Positions 61,204-64,000 of a DNA stretch of 64,000 nucleotides are shown here, piece after piece; the stretch's first letter is position 1, and each line of letters starts with the position of its first letter. Below the pieces are notes generated by a model. The model worked only from the letters and a program-made list of their open reading frames with translations. It searched no databases and was not told the DNA's origin. The DNA is from a virus. Taxonomy: Duplodnaviria > Heunggongvirae > Uroviricota > Caudoviricetes. Position numbers and translations under genes: made by a program. The stretch lies in the IMG/VR virus record IMGVR_UViG_3300020429_000539, positions 108,263 to 172,262 of that record. One strand, given 5' to 3'.

Positions 61204-62778
61204 ATGCCGAGCGTGACAGTCCCCAAGCAGTTCTACATCGACGAGCGGGTCCGCCTCTACCCTGATTGGCAGGCTGATTTCTGGCGCGAGTTCGGACAGA
61301 ACAGCCGCGACGCCCGTGCCAGCGTTATCGACTTCCGCGTCGAGCCTGCTGAAACCGGCTGCGTCTGCACGGTCGAGGACAACGGCTGCGGGATGTCTCG
61401 CGAGGTCTTGGAGGATGTCTACTTCGCGCTCGGCAAGACGACCAAGACGGGCGAGGGCAACGTGGGCGGCTTCGGTCGCGCTCGCATCCTGACATGCTTC
61501 TCGCACAAAAGCTACCGCATCAACACAGGCACCTTGCAGGTTGATGGCGACGGCGGCAACTACGATATCATCGAAGCCGACTATCAGCGCGGCTGCAAGG
61601 TCACGGTCGAGGTCGATGATGCCTCTCGCGAGCAGATGCTCGCCAAGCTCAAAGAGTACCTTGCATACTGCCAGTTCGGCGATATCACGGTTAGGGTCAA
61701 CGGATTCTCCTTTACCGACTGGCTTTACAAGCGCAACAAGATTCGTGACCTGTCCTTTGCTTCGGTCCATGTCAACAAGAGCGGTCGCCAGCATCGCGTC
61801 GTGTTCCGCGTCAACGGGCAGTACATGTTCTCTCGTTATACCGATGCTGCTGCACAGGTCGTTGTCGAGATCCACAGCGACAAGAGTCGTGAGGTTCTCT
61901 CTGCAACTCGTGGTGGTCTGATGGGGAAGTATCAAGAGGAACTTGATAAGTTCCTCGCCGAACTCTCCGTCGATACTCGAAGCGCTCTTCGTCCTCGCGT
62001 GGACAACTCTCGTTTGGTTCGCAGCGACGGTGGATGGCTCGCGTCGGTTCGCAAGACGAAGCAGGCACCTGTTGAAGCCGATGCCGCTCAGGGTCGCGAG
62101 AAGGTTGCGCAGACTCCGCGAGAGAATGTTACGACGACAACAGACGACCGCGCGACTGTTCTCGGAGGCGCTGCTGCCTTCAGCGGTGGCAAGACCCAGA
62201 TGCTTCAGGAGCGGCCCGAGTGGGGAGTGCCTGTCGATGAGCGTCCTCGCTTCATCGCGCCCAACCTTTTCAACGTCTACATCAAGGACGAAACGGGCGA
62301 CCCCAAGATGAAGCGCGTCATCGATCAGTATGACCCGAAGAACTGGGTTCATACCGAGCAAGTTCTCAAGGGCCAGACTCGTCATTACCGCAAGGGGGCT
62401 GAGCATCTGAAGCTGCTGATGGCGTGGAAGCTCTGCTGCGAGGAAGCCATCAACGTGCTGATGGAGCGGCGTGGATACGACAACATCGTGTGGACGGCTG
62501 GTTGGCTGTTCTCCCCGTATGCTGAGGCGATGCATACGGTCGTGGACGGCACGGCTCACGCGCTGCTGCTCAACCCGGTCACGGGCGATGGACGCAAGCG
62601 ATACACCCTCAAGCGAGAAACGGTTCTCGAACTGTTGGCGCTCGCGGCGCACGAGGTTGCACACGTAACAGTCCCGCTCCACAACGAGGAGTACGCCAAT
62701 CTGCTGACCGACATCCAGCGGCGGCTCGATCAGAACTCGGTTTGGCGTCGCGTCCGGACCGAGGTCAAGGGGCTCTGA
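61204..62778 (+). CDS. GHKL-superfamily (histidine-kinase/Hsp90/MutL-type) ATPase
   Basis: N-box 'EFGQNSRDA', G1 'VEDNGCGMS' and G2 'VGGFGRARIL' form the Bergerat fold in the N-terminal 110 aa, with a long unknown C-terminal region. 524 aa. Confidence 0.6.
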   Translation: MPSVTVPKQFYIDERVRLYPDWQADFWREFGQNSRDARASVIDFRVEPAETGCVCTVEDNGCGMSREVLEDVYFALGKTTKTGEGNVGGFGRARILTCFSHKSYRINTGTLQVDGDGGNYDIIEADYQRGCKVTVEVDDASREQMLAKLKEYLAYCQFGDITVRVNGFSFTDWLYKRNKIRDLSFASVHVNKSGRQHRVVFRVNGQYMFSRYTDAAAQVVVEIHSDKSREVLSATRGGLMGKYQEELDKFLAELSVDTRSALRPRVDNSRLVRSDGGWLASVRKTKQAPVEADAAQGREKVAQTPRENVTTTTDDRATVLGGAAAFSGGKTQMLQERPEWGVPVDERPRFIAPNLFNVYIKDETGDPKMKRVIDQYDPKNWVHTEQVLKGQTRHYRKGAEHLKLLMAWKLCCEEAINVLMERRGYDNIVWTAGWLFSPYAEAMHTVVDGTAHALLLNPVTGDGRKRYTLKRETVLELLALAAHEVAHVTVPLHNEEYANLLTDIQRRLDQNSVWRRVRTEVKGL

Positions 62779-62913
62779 AAGTTGTCCACATTTTTTGCTC
62801 CTTTGGCCTAGGTCGGTTGCCAACATGAAAAGATTTTGATAGACTCGCGACGCGACGGAAAAACTCGACAAAACGGGAAAAGTACCAGGACATAAGAAAG
62901 TGGGGTTCCAAGG

Positions 62914-63444
62914 ATGACAAAACAGACACCACTTCAATCCCTGGTCGATATCAACTCTTCTGAGTTCGATACCGACCTGGGACAGTACCACGAAGTCTTG
63001 CGCCAGAGGAAGGCGGAGTTCGTGGGTTGGGTTCGTAATCAGGTTAGCGCACGAATCACGACGATGCGAGAAGGCAAGGCACGCGACAATGTTGTGGACT
63101 TTGAGACCCGCAACTGTCTAACGTTTGAGCTTGACTTCTGGGCAGGTCGTTGGTTCAAGATGTACGGCAAAGATAACCGCCCGCCCGAAGCCCACATCCG
63201 TCATCTCGAACAGAAGTTCGCAGGCATGTTTGATGATGATGATGATGAAGTCAACATCGAAGCCGCACCTGGTCTTCCGCTGCTGCATAAAGCCGTGATG
63301 GACCAGGATTTAGAAGAAGTCAAGCGCCTCATCGAGAAGGGCGCTGAGATCACTCGTAAGGATAATGGTGGGCGAACAGCCCACGAACGCGCTGAAGCGA
63401 TGGGGTTCGATAACATCGCCGAATTCCTGGCTGGCGTGGCCTAG
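62914..63444 (+). CDS. hypothetical protein with ankyrin-repeat-like C-terminus
   Basis: 'PLLHKAVMDQDLEEVKRLIEKGAEITRKDNGGRTAHERAEAMG' is an ANK-like helix-turn-helix repeat. The stop overlaps the palindrome GGCCTAGGCC. Confidence 0.45.
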   Translation: MTKQTPLQSLVDINSSEFDTDLGQYHEVLRQRKAEFVGWVRNQVSARITTMREGKARDNVVDFETRNCLTFELDFWAGRWFKMYGKDNRPPEAHIRHLEQKFAGMFDDDDDEVNIEAAPGLPLLHKAVMDQDLEEVKRLIEKGAEITRKDNGGRTAHERAEAMGFDNIAEFLAGVA

Positions 63445-63578
63445 GCCGCATCTTTCTCGCAAGGCCTCTCGAATCTGCAAATTATAGTAGACTCTTGTGG
63501 GTGAACGTGCGAAGCTCTATCCTGAGAGCAAGAGTTCTCGTCGAAGAGTTAGTACTTTGTTGAGAAAAGAATCGAGCA

Positions 63579-64000
63579 ATGACCCTGAATATCACATCAC
63601 CGTGCCCTTTCGTCCTTGAGGCTCCTCGCGACGGAGCCGCCCACAAAATTGCCCAACTGCACAGGTACGCTCAGGAATCTGCTTTTCCCAAACTGACAGA
63701 GTTGATCCATCTGAGCGAAGATGGGTGCAATATCAACGGAGACGATGACCCTCTCGAACTGATGAAGCTCTATGCCAAGGGGCTTGCGCTCGATGAGGGC
63801 AAAGTCTACGCCGTCACACCTGATGAGCTTTGGGCATTTGGGGCGCAGCTTCCGAATGGCAGAATCGGCATCTTTGGCCTCGCAGTGTATCCCGAGATGG
63901 TCGAGACAAAGGATGGTCCTCGACAGACGCCTTGGAATGAGATTGCTCATTGGTCGGGCTCTGTTTGCGTGTGTGCAACAGATCAAACCGGACACTCTGT
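63579..64000 (+). CDS. hypothetical protein, 5' partial (runs off window end)
   Basis: An uninterrupted frame from the ATG at 63579 to the window end, with GC-rich third positions like neighbouring + genes ('MTLNITSPCPFVLEAPRDGAAHKIAQLHRYAQESAFPKLTELIHLSEDGCNING...'). It is not in the ORF table because it has no in-window stop. Confidence 0.4.
   Translation, partial: MTLNITSPCPFVLEAPRDGAAHKIAQLHRYAQESAFPKLTELIHLSEDGCNINGDDDPLELMKLYAKGLALDEGKVYAVTPDELWAFGAQLPNGRIGIFGLAVYPEMVETKDGPRQTPWNEIAHWSGSVCVCATDQTGHS

Noticed and set aside
61171-62991. 606-aa minus-strand ORF
   Set aside because: Antisense to the GHKL ATPase gene, which has clear Bergerat-fold motifs on +. Composition is R/L/A/V-rich junk.
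63597-63995. 132-aa minus-strand ORF at the window end
   Set aside because: A + strand frame from the ATG at 63579 stays open to the window end with GC-rich third positions and continues the + gene series. The minus ORF is Arg/Cys-rich and would be the lone antisense gene.
1-64000. CRISPR array, rRNA, integrase/transposase/IS elements
   Set aside because: No regularly spaced identical repeats of 25-40 bp with unique spacers were found. No rRNA-like conserved stretches were found. No tyrosine/serine recombinase or DDE transposase motifs were recognised in any frame. The only mobile-looking feature is the HNH gene and the repeat-flanked island.

Overview
The window is gene-dense and reads mostly on the + strand. 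Genes are Shine-Dalgarno-led and many are translationally coupled through ATGA or TAATG overlaps. I read it as an internal ~64 kb segment of a large (jumbo-type) tailed dsDNA bacteriophage or prophage genome, not cellular chromosome. Confident calls from motifs visible in the translations: type II glutamine synthetase (8290-9336), RtcB RNA ligase (24682-25953), a TilS-like PP-loop ATPase, a sigma-70-like factor, a Nudix hydrolase, dCMP deaminase, a P-loop kinase, a MazG-like NTP pyrophosphatase, three DNA methyltransferases (one beta-class N6/N4 and two tandem Dam-like), an HNH endonuclease on the opposite strand, a trypsin-like protease followed by an AAA_5 (MoxR/CobS-like) ATPase and a DUF2201-like metallopeptidase+vWA protein, a second vWA protein, a BFD-like [2Fe-2S] protein, a flotillin/SPFH protein inside a cluster of about 9 small membrane proteins, a DnaB/RecA-like ATPase and a GHKL ATPase. 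Multigene families are prominent. Four paralogous glycoside-hydrolase-like TIM-barrel proteins carry a DxE motif, and two of them are large multidomain proteins. An 11-12 member paralog family sits in two tandem arrays (28.7-30.9 kb and 39.3-45.3 kb). There is also a tandem pair of divergent Pol-beta-type nucleotidyltransferase-like genes and a 9349/23221 paralog pair. By eye the sequence becomes markedly more G+C-rich from about 36 kb onward. Inside that half sits an AT-richer ~2.6 kb island (53.4-56.1 kb). It carries a compact ABC-type ATPase, a zinc ribbon and a degenerate Fic-domain gene, is flanked by 13-bp direct repeats and is full of GCACTGAT repeats. The 56-63.5 kb block is organised as consecutive single-gene units. 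Each is preceded by a CCACATA(C/G)GAT(T) promoter-like element and most are followed by intrinsic terminators. No rRNA, tRNA or CRISPR array was found. Many ORF-table entries, especially long antisense ORFs in the GC-rich half, are judged spurious.
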